A DNA stretch of 64,000 bases from Callorhinchus milii (Eukaryota), in the NCBI RefSeq assembly GCF_018977255.1, contig NW_024704743.1:83888001-83952000 (forward strand), read 5' to 3'. The notes beneath the pieces are model-generated. The model saw only the letters and a list, made by a program, of their open reading frames with translations, did not search any database and was not told where the DNA came from. Positions 25,347 through 38,830 of the stretch are shown here, piece after piece. A program made the position numbers and the translations under genes. Every line of letters starts with the position of its first letter. Within the stretch, counting starts at the first letter, position 1.

Positions 25347-26994
25347 ATATAGCAAAATTGAATGGACCGTGAAAAATATCAGTTTATACAGTGATTAACA
25401 TTGGCTCTTGTTATCACAACACAATAATTACCACATTGAACAATTATCAAGTAAAAGCATTTCACTTCAATATTTCCATTTAAACTTAGTTTATACCTGT
25501 TAAAATAATCCATTGAGATGAGTCTTGTAATTACTGTATCTAAATTGTATATAAATAATAACCTGATTTGCTGTTTTGTAATGAGATTCTTTTGGAAAGA
25601 ATCTGCGGAATCTCACAAGTGGCAACACGTTTTGGTAATTGGAAGTGCATCTCACCTTTCCACAGGATCTCCACTCTGATGCAATCTATTTTCGGATCCA
25701 AGTTTCCATGGGTTGGCAGGACTTCTGGTGGAAATCGTTTAAAATTTGAGTTAAGCCCTTATTTTCCTGAACAGACTGAAACACAGCAACAGGATCAGAA
25801 GAACCATCAGTTGGCTCAATGAGTATAGTGACCGTCTTATGACCAGCTTGTGTCCTTTCCTGCACTAGGTCCTGAGAACCTATCACCCCCCTCCTCGCCT
25901 ATTTGAACAAAAGTCATCAGTAAAATTTGGAGAGGCAGACCAGTTACTGGGGGCGGGGATTCTTCCCACTTAGCTTCAGTTAACCCTGCAGCCAAAACCT
26001 TAATGGTAGTTCCAGCTGGACAAGCAGCAGAAAAGCTTGCCATGTTTTCACTGTCAAGCAAAGCAGATTTTGCTGGATAGATCCTAGCAAAATCCTAGTA
26101 CCCCAACACACACTCTTGGGTCCCAAGTCTTGGCTCTTGCCAACCGGTGTCTAATACTCTCCAGAATTAGGTAAGCAGTGTCCCTCAAGGAAGACTGTGT
26201 TCCATTCCAATAAATATCGCTGGAATTTCCATGTGTAGATGGGATGCATGGAACTCTCAGTTTGGTTTGGAATCTCTTAAGCGTGGTAATGGGCTTCCAC
26301 ATGTGTCCGACACCCGGCTGGCCCCAAAAAATGCAAGTTGCTGTTAACTTTTAACACTCTGAGGAGAAAACATTGTCACTTTGGGAGACAATGATTTCTC
26401 CTCAGGGTGCAGTACGTTTAATAATCATGCACCATTCAACCCATCAAGTGAGAATATACACCATTCCACATTAATTGCATTACATTTTGAGCCTGTGCCA
26501 ACTCCATATGATGAGGTTGTCACCCAATACCTGCCTGCAGCTTGCCATAAGAGATTCGTCTCTTCACAGGCTGCCAGACCAGTTATTAGAAGTTCATTTA
26601 ATGAAATTTAAATACTGCCATTTGATCAACATAATTGCCTCATAAATTCCATGCTAAACCGCCCTGTCAGTACCCTGTTGTTCGCTGAGCAAAGTGCACA
26701 GTTTAGTTGTGATTGGCATCTGGAACTCATAAAACTATTTTAAGATCACCCTCATTGTCAAACAGCAACCTCTAAATGTCAGCACTCGACCCAAAATAGC
26801 AACATTATGTGACTGTCTCATTATCCTATGTTACAGCTTATCTCCTGCTGTTCTGTGAGTAATTACAAATATATGCTCATTTGTGCTTTGTTTGTATATT
26901 ATTTTGATGATGGGAACTCAGAGCCTCTCAATATTTGTAGTGGGGGGAGTGATTCTGGTATATGGTATGATAATTAACTCTGGTAATAATTATC

Positions 26995-29870
26995 ACAACA
27001 ACAACAACAACAAGATTCCATTTATAAAGCGCCTTTCAAGTCAGGAGGACGTCCCAAGGCGCTGCACAGTTGGGTCATGACCCGAGCAGGGGGGAAATGG
27101 TCAGGGTGAGGGAAGGGAGGGAGCAAGGAGGGGGGAAATGGTCAGGGTGAGGGGAGGGAAGGGTGGGAGCGAGGAGGGGGAAGAGAGTTGAGAGGGGAGC
27201 TGAAGGCTCGGTCAAAGAGAAAGGTTTTGAGACCGGCCTTGAAGTAGGAAAGGGAGGAAGCAAGGCGAAGGCACTGGGGGATGGAGTTCCAGAGCCTGGG
27301 GGCTGAGAGGCTGAAGGCCCGACCACCGATGGTAGGGCGGTTGGGGCGGGGGACGTGGAGCAGACCAGAGCCAGAGGAACGGAGGGTATGGGCAGGTAGG
27401 TAGGGGGATAGTAGGTTGGAGAGGTAGGAGGGAGCAAGGCCGTGAATGGCCTTGTAGGTGAGGATGAGGATCTTGAAATCAATCCTCTGGGGGATGGAGA
27501 GCCAGTGGAGGCGAGCGAGGGTGGGAGTGATGTGTTCCCGAAGCCTGGTGCGGGACAGTACACGAGCTGCAGAGTTCTGAATGACCTGCAGCTTGTGGAG
27601 GGAGGTGGCGGGAAGGCCGGCGAGGAGAGAGTTCCCATAGTCCAGCCTTGAGGTGACAAAGGCGTGGACCAGGGTTTCAGCAGCGTGAGGGGTGAGGTAG
27701 TGCCGTAGTCTGGCGATGTTCCGAAGGTGATGGAAGGCGGTGCCAGTTGCAGTGCGGATGTGAGGGAGAAAGGACAGCTCAGGGTCGAACAAAACGCCGA
27801 GGTTCCTGACTGGCTTTGAGAGGTGGAGAGTGCAGCCTTGGATGCTGATGGTGTCAGCGCCTGAGGTGCGGAGGCGCTGACGTGAGCCAATCAGGAGGGC
27901 CTCGGTTTTCCGCACGTTGAGCTGAAGAAAGTTGTCTCTCGTCCAGGACTCGATGTCGGACAGGCAGGCTGTCAGGACATCGGTGGTCGTGGAGTTGAGA
28001 GTAGAGGAGGAAAGGTAGAGTTGGGTGTCATCCGCATACATGTGGAAGTTAACTCCATGTCTGCGGATGATGTCACCGAGGGGGAGCATATAGAGGGTGA
28101 AGAGGAGGGGACCGAGGACAGAGCCCTGAGGGACACCACATGAGACAGTACGGGGGGTGGAGGAGAAGCCATTCGTTGAGACAAAATGAAGACGGTGAGA
28201 AAGGTACGACCTAAACCATTCAAGGACAGTGCCTTGAAGGTTGAGGTGGGAGGACAAGCGGTGGAGTAGGATAGCGTGGTCGACCGTATCGAATGCTGCC
28301 GATAGGTCGAGGAGGAAGAGGAGACAGAGGGAGCCCTGGTCACAGATGGTCAGGATATCATTGGTGACCTTGACCAGGGCAGTTTCTGTGCTATGGGAGG
28401 TCCAGCCAGATTTGTCTGTGGACCGTTAGGCCAGATTTGAGACAGGTGCGTTCAGCAGCCCGCACCTGGCTTTTCAGTGAACGGAGGTGGGTGGTGTACC
28501 AGGGGGAGGAGCGGGAGTAGGAGACAGTGCGGGAAGTGATGGGGGCAAGAGTATCGAGTGTGGAGGAGAGGGTATTGTGGAGGAGGGAGAGAGGAGAAGA
28601 GGGGTCGGTGAGGGTTGAAGGCCAGAGGGAGAGGAGTTCAGAGGACTCCAAGGCATCGGTTAGGGATTGTGGGGGTAACTTCTTCCAAGGGCGGTAGAAG
28701 ATGGTGGTGGGTCTGGTGGAGGTGGGGAGGGGGGTGGAGGTGGTGAAGGAGATGAAGTAGTGGTCAGAGATGGCCTTGTCGGTAATAGTGACATCCGAGA
28801 CACTGAGGCCCCGGGTGATCACCAAATCGAGTGGGTGGCCGTGACTGTGAGTGGGGGAGTTTATGTGTAAGGAGAGGTTGAGTGAGGAGAGCAGGGAAGA
28901 GAAGTCTGTGGAGATGGAGCAGGAGGGGGTGAAGTGTAGGTTAAAGTCGCCCAGGATGATGAGGCGATCGGAGCAGAGGCAAAGAGATGTGAGGAGTGTT
29001 GAAATGTCAGAGATGAAGGTGGGAGAGGTTTTAGGGGGCCGGTAGAGGAGGAGGATTTTAAGGGAGAGGAATGAGGGGTGGGAGAGGGTGAGGTGCTCAA
29101 AGGAGGGGAAAGAGCCAGTGGAGTAGGGGGATAGGGCAAGTGGTGTCCTTGAGATAAGGGCAACACCACCGCCACGGCGGTTGGGGCGGGGGATGTGGTG
29201 GGAGGTGTAGCCGGGTGGCGTGGCCTCCGTGAGGGGGAAGGTGTCGCCTGGGGTGAGCCACGTTTCTGTCAAGGCCATGATATCAACGTTCTCATCAAGG
29301 ATGAGATCGTTGATGACCAGGGCCTTGTTGCAGAGGGAGCGGACATTTTGCAGTCCGATGTGGAGGGAGCGGTTGACAGAAGGGTGTGTGGGAGGGGAGG
29401 GGGTCCAGGTTGTGAGGCAGGGGTGGGGGGATGGGGATGAGGGAGGAGAGGTTGACTCCCCGGGTCTGTGTCCGGGGTGGGTGGCGAGTGTGGTGGGGAA
29501 TGGGGCAGTCGGTGTGGCTGCTGCTGGACAGCCAACGCCGAGTGCCGCGGTGAGCCCGGCGGAGGATTCCCAGGCTGGAGCAGAGGGAGGTTGTGGGAGG
29601 GTCAAGTGGGGATAGAAGACGAGAGGGACGGAGAGAGAGGAGGAGAGAGCGGGAGAGATGCAGAGGGGGGAGGGTTTGGGGGGAGAGAGGAGGGGGGCGG
29701 GAGGGAGGGGGTGAGGGGGCTCGGGTCAAAGCGGCAGCCATAGTGCGCACGCGGGGACCGGGAGCGAGCGGTCAGGTGGATGGCATTATCCCGCAGATTG
29801 GGGCAGCAAACGCAACAGGACCATAGTGGGCTCTGATGTGAGCCCTGGGGGGGTGGGGGGGGGGGGGGCG
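26995..29870 (-). mobile_element. Young near-full-length L2 LINE (APE endonuclease + RT) with an internal deletion
   Basis: EN motifs GLQNVRSL, LTETWL, GGGVAL, YRPP, GDFN, LDLV, SDH (28391..29605). RT motifs [10 protein letters not shown] and YADDTQLY through to the C-terminus (27142..28257). (TTG)n tail near 26996-27013. Confidence 0.97.
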
Positions 29871-29894
29871 CAGAGGGTTTTTTTTTTTTGAATA

Positions 29895-29964
29895 TCAGAT
29901 TGAATTTGAGAATTTACAGTCATATTTGTCAGATTGAATTTGAGAATTTACAGTCATATTTGTC
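29895..29964. repeat. Perfect 34-bp tandem duplication
   Basis: TCAGATTGAATTTGAGAATTTACAGTCATATTTG twice. Confidence 0.95.
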
Positions 29965-30959
29965 CAAAATAACCTAACGATTGGTTTGGGACTGAACGCA
30001 CCTCCTGCACCCAGATAGGAGATGGTTAAATTGTTTTTTTCTTGCTGTTCAGCACTGAATTGCTCCATTTTTTTCCCCCCATGCAACACTCTTGCCTCTC
30101 CCAGTCCAGTGCAGTGCTGGGGTGTACTGCACAAAATGTTGAGATGGGATGTTGAACCAAGGTTCCATCTGCCTGTTCAGCCAGGACATTAACAATCCTA
30201 TGGCATTATTTGAAAAGAGTGTTTCTTCCGGGATCCTGGCCGACAATCCCCTATACAAAAGTAATCCGCAAATTAACTAACTTGTTTGCCTACAAATACA
30301 GTCATTACATTTCATAATAAAATTGTGTGAAATGTCTGATAAGTGCTATTTCACTAGCAATAACAACTTGCATTTATATTGCACCGTTCAGGTCTCGGAG
30401 TGCTGAACAATAGTATAGTTTAATGCCATATCGAATGCAAAGAATATTGATTAATGATTATTTCATGCTTCTTCCACAGATACTGTATTAAAATTAGTCA
30501 ACCTTTCATACATTCCAATACATCCAAAACCCTGCAGTCCCAATATTTTCCTACATCAGTTTTCACACACCCAATACTCATATCTTTAGAAGACTACGTC
30601 AAAATCCTCCCCCATTTTGTCCTTTCTTACATTTTCAGTCACTGCAAGCCCTATTTTCGTACCTGTAATCTCCTGCACTGCCTTCTCCTGCCCTTTTGTC
30701 ACTGATCTTCTATGTTCTGTGAAAATCTCACCACAAATCCTTTCACCTTATCTTTCTTCCTATGTTCCAAACGCTCTTAAAAATGATCTCTTGGACCTCA
30801 ACTTTGGTCAACAACTTAAATTATGCATCCCCGCCCCTCCTGATCATTCATCCCCATTATTTTTCTGGAATGCTTTGAGATATCTATATGGAAGGCACTA
30901 TCTAAATGCAAGTTGTTATTTGTATCAGTGTACAAATAATTGTCCCGTCAGCACCTCCA

Positions 30960-31225
30960 CACCTTAGGCACTTCACTGAACCAATCCGGATCCTTGGCTT
31001 CTTGTTTGACCCTCAACTGTCCTTTCTAGCCCACATTCGTGCCATGACCTGCTCTGCCTTCTCCCACCTCCTCAACAATGCCCGGCTCCTCCATTGCCTC
31101 ACCCCTCAGGCTGCCAAGACCCTCATCCATGCGTTCATATCTAGGCTCGACTATGCCAACTCCCTGCTTGTCAGCCTTCCCAACTCTTCCCTTCACAAGC
31201 TGTTCTGATCATCCAGAACTCTATT
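30960..31225 (+). mobile_element. L2 internal fragment
   Basis: LGFLFDPQLSF...KTLIHAFISRLDYANSLL. Confidence 0.9.
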
Positions 31226-33711
31226 GTTCACAAGTTAAACTATAAAACACAGAAAGTGACATCGTCCTTGTGAATAAAGGTAAGGATATTTTAATGAGTC
31301 TGACCCAGGGATTGCGGCCAGAGGCAGCTAGGAGTGGGAGGATCACACTTCTGCTGCTGTACTGACAAGATTGAGCAATGAGTATCAGCTCGAAAGTGAA
31401 AGACTGCCAGCTTCACAGTACTTGATGGTGGGGGGGAAATTCTGAGTGGTGGAGGAAGCAAAGGCATTTGAGAACACCCCAACAGCTCCATCTAGCACAT
31501 GGAATGAACAACCCTTTTCAAAGAAAGAGTTTTTGGTTTCCCCACTGGGAAGACCATTTGGGATAGCCCAGAGAGAAGCTAGAAGGGGTATAAATTTTAG
31601 AGTGTTTATTTTCATGTTGGAGGGATCCTTTTGTTATCAAAGGCTTAAATATTTGAAAGAGCAAGAAGATCACTCACACTTCATATATCCCATCATGTTT
31701 ATGCCATTCTCCCAAGAGATTTTTGTCAAGCATTTCCATCAAAGCTGCATGACGAAGGCGGATATTTCATTGGTCTTGTCATTTATCAGTTATGCAAGGT
31801 GGTATCTATTGTGAGAATATAACACAGAGATCTCATTACGCTAATCAAAAGGAGAAAGGAGATGTGTCCTGGTCAACAGACAAATTGGTGAAGACTAATT
31901 TATTTCTCACTAAGGCTGTTTGTGGGATTTTACTGTGTGCACAAAGGTTGTTGCTCTTATCTACAAAAACAGTCACAACACATAACAGTAATTACTGTAA
32001 AGCGCTTTGTGATGTTTCAACACGATGAGGTGCCTTAAAGATACAAGTTCTTTCTCTTGAAATCCTTTAATAAAATGCATCCTTTTGGTTCTCTTTCCTC
32101 TCAGTCTACGTATTGATCGCATTGTCATAGCCTGGGGTAAAAGCACTTGGTTGCACCAAATCACAAATTTTACAGATTAAATCTCATATTTTGCTTCAAG
32201 CAAATCCTATCCTTGGAGTTAGTATATTTGCTACAATGAACACATTGAAAGTATTATTATAGTGTCTTTGATATAAATCTATTGTGAAGGCTTAAAGATT
32301 TAGTCAACATGTTTCCATTTTCACCTCTTGGGGGTTCAGCTGAGCAGGCTTTAAATTGCACAATCACTCAACAGAGTTTGGACTGAGAATGAATAAGATC
32401 TACAGCCTGTTATGCTGTGAATTTAACCTTGCTGTTCCCTCTTAACCTCACTAACCTCCAGTGCATACAGCCACCATAACCAACTAGACAAGTGATCCCA
32501 AACACCACACAATAACAAGGCTGCACTGTACCCTTGGGTTTGTGAATAATGCTTTCTTTATAGTGCAATAATAATTATGCATTAACTAAAAATATTAACA
32601 CTGGTGACAATGATTACCTCACTGTAAATTCTCCTCACCCACATCCCCCGACCCCAGCCCCCACTATTGCAATCACTGACCCTGAGTGTGAATGTAACCC
32701 CCAACCCCCCCACAAAGCAACTATAAAACCCTGCACCTGTCCTCACAGCATCATAGTAGAGAAGATGGAGAGGCAAAATACAAAGCTATTTTCCTTGGTA
32801 GAATAGTGTATTGTGATCTGGTGATTACACAGTTCAGTGGTGTGGGAATATGTAACATTCCAATATCAAATGTTCTCTGCTCCTTTTATTTTGTGCACTA
32901 ATATGTGTGTCAGGTGTGTAACTCATACTATCTCCAAAGAGAATGGTTAAAACAAAAGATGATCTGCTTTTAGCCATTAGAACTATTTTATCTTTCTTTT
33001 TAAGATTTCACAAAGCTGGGGGGTTATTCTTATATTCTGGCACAATTTTGAAATCACTGTTTTTTAACAACTGCAAAATGACAGATTCTAAATGAATTCC
33101 ATAATTCTGCTCGATCATAAATGTTGCAGGCTTTAACTGGATAGAATTTTCAACCTTTAATCTGCAAGATTATGTATGACACAGTGTGATATACTAAATA
33201 CATTCTGGTATATTAGCTGGTATACCTGACATCTAGATCTGCTTCTCCTCCACAATTAATTCTGATATCATAATCCCAATATATATATGTATAATATGGC
33301 GCCTGTTATATTCTGATGGTGTTGTAGCACCTCATCACATCACCTGAGTGTCCAGAGCGTTTCACAGGATTTGCTGGGAAGTGTAGGTATTGTGTATTGC
33401 TAGACATGTATTCTCTTTTATATTATAGTTAAATACAAACTGTGACTTAATATTTCCTATGCCATCAGTACTTTTCACTCTAACAATATCACATAATAGA
33501 ATGGAAAAAAGGGTGAATCACTCATTTCTAATTGCAATGTTTAATTAAAGCTCTGAATCATTAACATGGATCAGTGAGTCTCCTTGTAAATCCTTTCTAT
33601 GCTGTCAGCTAACAAAAAACTCTCAAGCGCCTCATGTACAAACAATGGGGAGAAAAATATGGTATGTGACGTGATAATTATCACCGGTCAGTGTGATAAT
33701 TATTATCGGTT

Positions 33712-34024
33712 GAATCCTGTAGCTCAGTGGTTAGAACACTTGCCTTGCAAGCGAGATACCTGGGTTCAATTCCAGGCAGAGGGCGAAACCTTGGGCAAGT
33801 TTCCTTACTCCACACCCCTAATAATAATCCTTCCAAAACAAAACAATGATAAATTGGTCATTTTCAGTCCACGACTGTTTGTGGGACACTGCTGTGTGCA
33901 ATTGGCTGCCGTGTTTCGCCCACAAATATACAATCAATTCACTTTACAGTCTATTCTGTGAAGCACTTTGAGACGTCGAGAAGACGTGAAAAGCACTATA
34001 TCAAATGCAAGTATTATTATTATA
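33712..34024 (+). mobile_element. Young tRNA-head SINE, short form
   Basis: TCCTGTAGCTCAGTGGTTAG...GGTTCAATTCC; tail GCACTATATCAAATGCAAG(TAT)n. Confidence 0.9.
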
Positions 34025-34144
34025 ATCATCACATTTTTAACCCCAAAATGTATGGTTCCTGTTTATTTGTCAAGAAGCAACGCCAATAATAACAATAACT
34101 TCCATTTATATATTGGCCTTCATATGGGAATATCTCATAGATCA

Positions 34145-35417
34145 TAATAATAATATTCCTTGCACTTAGTTCAGTGCCTTATTTCAAAGAACTTCACAAA
34201 AGTTACTGTAAATTGTATTGACTGTGTTTGAGATCTTTAATGTCCACAGGATCCACAGAAACCAATGTGCCATGGAATCTTTATGTCCACCTGAACAAGC
34301 AGATGGATCTTCGATTTAACTTTTCATCTAAAGGATATGATATCTCCCCATGGAGATGGAGTGGGGTCCTGAAAATAATAATTATAATCCTTACATTTGG
34401 TATAGCTCCTTTCATGTTGGGAGCATCCTAAAATGGTTGACAGAATATACTGTAAAGTGGAGTAACTATCTTATAAGCACTGCAAGACAACACCCTGTGT
34501 TGTTGCTGTTGTTGTGGGCAAACAACATCAACAATGCTGTAATAAATGCAATTTGTTGCTGTTGTTGTGGGCGAATGCAGCAGCCAATTTGTGTGCAGCA
34601 ATTTCCACAAACAGTCATGGAGTGAATTTTATCAATTTTATTTGGGGGATTGTTGACCAGGGTACTGGGAGAAACTCTTCTTTTTGAATAGTTTAATGAG
34701 TTCCTTAACGTCCACCTGAGATGGGGTCTCAGTTTTAATGTCTCACCCGAAGGATGATTCAAACAATATCTGCTATATTTATTGTAACCTAATTTTACAT
34801 ATACTGTATAATAATAATTCTTGTATTTGATATAGCTTATTATGTCTTCGAGACGTCTCACAGCTCTTCACGGAATATACTGTAAAGTGAATTGACTGTA
34901 TATTTGTGGGCAAATGCGTCAGTCGATTGCGCACAGCAGTGTCCCGCAAACCTTCGTAAATTGAGAGACCAAATTATTATTGAAAAACTTTTTTAAAGTG
35001 ATTATTGCCCCTGGAAAAGTGATCTGCCAATCAACTAATAACCAGGTTCCTACTTACTGCTAGGTAAACAGCGGTGTGTGGAGTATGGAAACTTGCTCAA
35101 TATCCTGTAGCTCAGTGGTTAGAGCATTCGCCTTGCAAGTGAGAGACCTGAGTTCAATTCCAGGCAGGGCAAAACCTTGGGCAAGTTTCCTTACTCCACA
35201 CAGAGCCTAATAATAATCCCTCCAAAACCAAAAACAATAATAAAATTGGTCATTTTCAATCCACGACTGTTTGTGGGACACTGCTGCACGCAATTGGCTG
35301 CTGCATTTTACCCACGAAAACACAGTCAATTCACTTTACAGGATATTCTGTGAAGCGCTTTGAGACATCTAGAAGACGTGAAAAGCGCTATACCAAATGC
35401 AAGGATTATTATTATTA
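34145..35417. mobile_element. SINE cluster including a head-to-head pair (34808-35100 minus, 35102-35417 plus)
   Basis: Direct recognition of SINE bodies and tails. Confidence 0.85.
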
Positions 35418-35719
35418 ATATTTGCCTAAATTTTCGTCCTGCTGGGAAATGAAACTCAGATCCTCTTGCTTTCGTGGTGAGTGCTCTAACCAATAAACTA
35501 CAGGACTCCATTACATTATCATACATATGCATATTAATAACTAATAAAATAATGTAAGGAAAACAATTACATAACAAGATATCTTTTCAAGCCCCAATTC
35601 TATGACCAAATATTTATCACATATAAGAGTGAAAAATGCTGTGTGATGTGATATTTATCACTGGATGAACAACCCTCCCCTATGATTTTGCTTGAATAGT
35701 TGTGTCCAAAGCCATTTGG

Positions 35720-36080
35720 AACCATGGACCAATTCGACCATTAAATTGACTAGTGGTGCTTTTGAACTTTGTACCCTTTGGCCCATTCAATCTCATCCCT
35801 CCCACCTTACCATCCTCCCATTACTGTATCAAACTGCTTTGTAAATTAGTCCAGTGTCCTGGCCTCTACCACCTTTCCTGGACACCTCTACCAGCCATTG
35901 ATTACCCTCTGTGTAAAGAAAAACTTCCTGGTATCTGTCCTGAAATTAGCCTGTACAACTTTAAACCCATATCCTCTTGTTCTTGATCCATTCAAGTACA
36001 TCAAGTATTGATCTGGATTTACNTTTTTAATCCCATTTAAAATTTTGTACACCTCTATGAGGCCCCCTCTGTATACAGTC
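35720..36080 (-). mobile_element. CR1 3' fragment
   Basis: LIEVYKILNG...RKFFFTQRVINGW; contains an N at 36023. Confidence 0.85.
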
Positions 36081-36920
36081 AATTCAACTTTCTACAGTTG
36101 AATGTCAGCAAGACCAAGGCTCTCCTGATTCGCTAGTGCCAGCGCCTTCACACCTCAGGCACTGGCAGTATTAGCATCCATGGATGCACACTCCACCTCA
36201 CCAAGCCAGTCAGCAACCTGGGCATCTTGTTCAACCCTCAACTATCCTTTCTCCCCTACATCTGTGCCATAACCCACTCTGCCTTCCCCCACATCCGCAA
36301 CATTGCCCGACTCTGTCACTGCCTCAACCCTCAGGCCGCTGAAACCCTCATACATGCTTTCATTACATCCAGGCCTGACTATGTCAATGCCCTGCTTGTC
36401 AGCCTTCCCAACTCTTCCCTCCACAAGCTGCAAATCATCCAGAACTCTGCAGTTCATATGTTCTCCTACACCAGGCTCCGTGATCTCAACACGTCCACTA
36501 TCACCTGGCTCACTGGCTTACCATCCCTCATAGGATCAAGTTCAAAATTTTTGTTCTCACCTTCAATGCTCTCCATGGCTTTGCTCTCTCCTACCTCTCT
36601 GACCTGCTAACCGCTTATTAACCTGTCCACTCCCTCTGCTCGGCCTGCCCTACCATTGGCGGTTGGGCCTTCAGCTTCTCTGTCCCCACCCTCTGGAACT
36701 GCATCCCACATTCCCTTTACCTCGCTCCCTCTCTTGCCTTCTTCAAGGCCCACCTCTTTGACCGTGCCTTCAGCCACCCTTCTACACTTTCTGCCCTTCA
36801 CCCTCCCTGATCCCAGCCCCACTTCCCCCACCCACTCGGGTCCTAATCCATGACTGTTCAGCGCCTTGGGACATCCTCCCGACGTGGGAAGTGCTTACAA
36901 ATGTAATTTTGTATTGTATT
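36080..36920 (+). mobile_element. L2 3' fragment
   Basis: ORF 36227..36610 and an L2 tail. Confidence 0.9.
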
Positions 36921-38439
36921 GTATGAGTGTTGGAATGGTGAGTGAGAAATCAAACTTCTCTAATGAAAAACAAACAATTCCTGTAAAATAGTAATTATGC
37001 ATTGGATGGCAAACACACAGCAATGATTCAGATGACCAATTTAACTGGAGGACTGTTGGCAAGAACAAACTCTGTTCTCTTCTCAAATAATGTCTTGTAT
37101 ACATTCAGGCAGGAGCTTAATTTAATATTTTATCTGAAGGACAGCACTTCTACAAGGCAGCTCTCCCCAGTAGTTTAAAGATTTTTACCTCTAAGTTCTG
37201 ACTTGGAACTCACAGCCTTCAGATGTAGACTGTAGAGTGCTACCAAATGAGCTGAACTGGCACTTAAACTCACATGATCATTCATATGTATGATAGCTGG
37301 CTTTTAAAGCTTATTGACTATCTCAGTACTGATGTATTCAAATGTGAAACATCACAATCTGCTACTGAGCAGCAGATGTTCATTTCTGCAAAATGTACTT
37401 TTTCTGGTGTGAAACGCTCTCAGCAGAATAGAGAATTATCTGGTTGCGGTCAAAAACACAAAAGCAATTTTAGCTCATCTGCTTTACAGAGAACTTTTAA
37501 GAGAATGTGTGATTTTTTTTGCTTGAAAACAGATTTGACCCACTATCTAATCATATCAAACAAGCAGCATCCTTTGACTCAGCTGCATAGGGAAATGACT
37601 GTTAAGAAAAAGTCCTGATGGGATGAAATAAATTGATTCTATCAGTATCGAAATAAAGGAATAATAGTAAAGATGGGACTTACAGGTTGTGGACCTAAAA
37701 TAATGAGATGCATCAAGCAAGTTGTTTAAACCTTGCGTAAGGGAGACTGGCAAGAATGGAGGATGAGTGTGTACTGGGTGTTAGAGCTGATGGGTACGCA
37801 AAGCTCAGTGCAGGTAAGATGCAAGCGGCCACATTTTGAATGAGCTGGGGTTTGTGGTCGGTAGAGCAGGAGGATATTGGAGAAGACCAGTCTGGATATA
37901 ACAAAGATATGGGTGAGTTTTGGATGACTAGCTAGTGAATATCCTCCTGGGGGGAAGGGGAAGGTAATCTCCACGGTAATGTGCATGTAAACAGAGTGTT
38001 TGAATCACACCAACTCTCTGTGGCAGTCTCAGTATTCCAGTTCCTGAGCCAAGCAGGGTCTGCAGTACTTCAGGGCATTGCTGATGACAGATTAAAAAGA
38101 GCCTGGCTCATCAGTAGGAAGCTAGACCAGGAGCAGGGAGAAACATTTAAATGTTCTACGAAATGAAAAATAAAGACAGTAGAGTAAACTCTGTGATTTA
38201 TTGAAACATTCATGTGTTAGTTTACACAGCCAGCGCCACTGGTTGGCATTTCTCCCCTCCTTGTACATACACTTCCTTCAGATCTCGATCAACACCATTT
38301 TAAAAAAAAACGTAACATTTTAGTGTATCAAATTATTCTCCCCATCGGTTTGTGCCTCTGCTCCTGGTTCGCACCCTCATCATGTTAGAATACTGTTCTA
38401 CAGGCAATAGCTACCCTCTGGTACCCTGCCCAAGAGGCC

Positions 38440-38830
38440 ACTATTTATGTGCGAGTTTTGGCACATGTCACAAAGTGCTTCGCAGGATATACCGTAAAAT
38501 GTATATTTTATGGCAACCATTGTGCACAACGATGTCCCACAAACAGCCATGGAGTGAATGACAAATTTTAGTTGGAGGATTGTTGGCCAGGACACCAGTA
38601 AACCTTTCTCTCTTCAACATTGCCATAGGATCTTTAATATCCATATGGACAGCCAGTCAGGAGCTTGATTTAATGTCTCAAATGAAGGACAGCACTTACA
38701 ACAATGCAGTGCACCCTTAACACTGCGTTGGAGTATCAGTCGAGACTATTTGAATTTCTGACGTGGAGCTTGAACTCACAACCTTCTGACTCAGAGGCGA
38801 GAATGTTACCAACTGAGCCAGGCTGACACA
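38440..38830 (-). mobile_element. Old Deu-domain SINE
   Basis: Same head and core as 18187-18617. Confidence 0.85.

Noticed and set aside
27075..29826. Multiple Pro/Ser-rich and Gly/Arg-rich ORFs
   Set aside because: Alternative or antisense frames of the C-rich L2, not independent genes.
33712..33790. tRNA-like sequences (also at 5062, 35102, 57760, 59430, 62755)
   Set aside because: They are SINE heads continuing into SINE bodies, without a proper acceptor stem or terminator.
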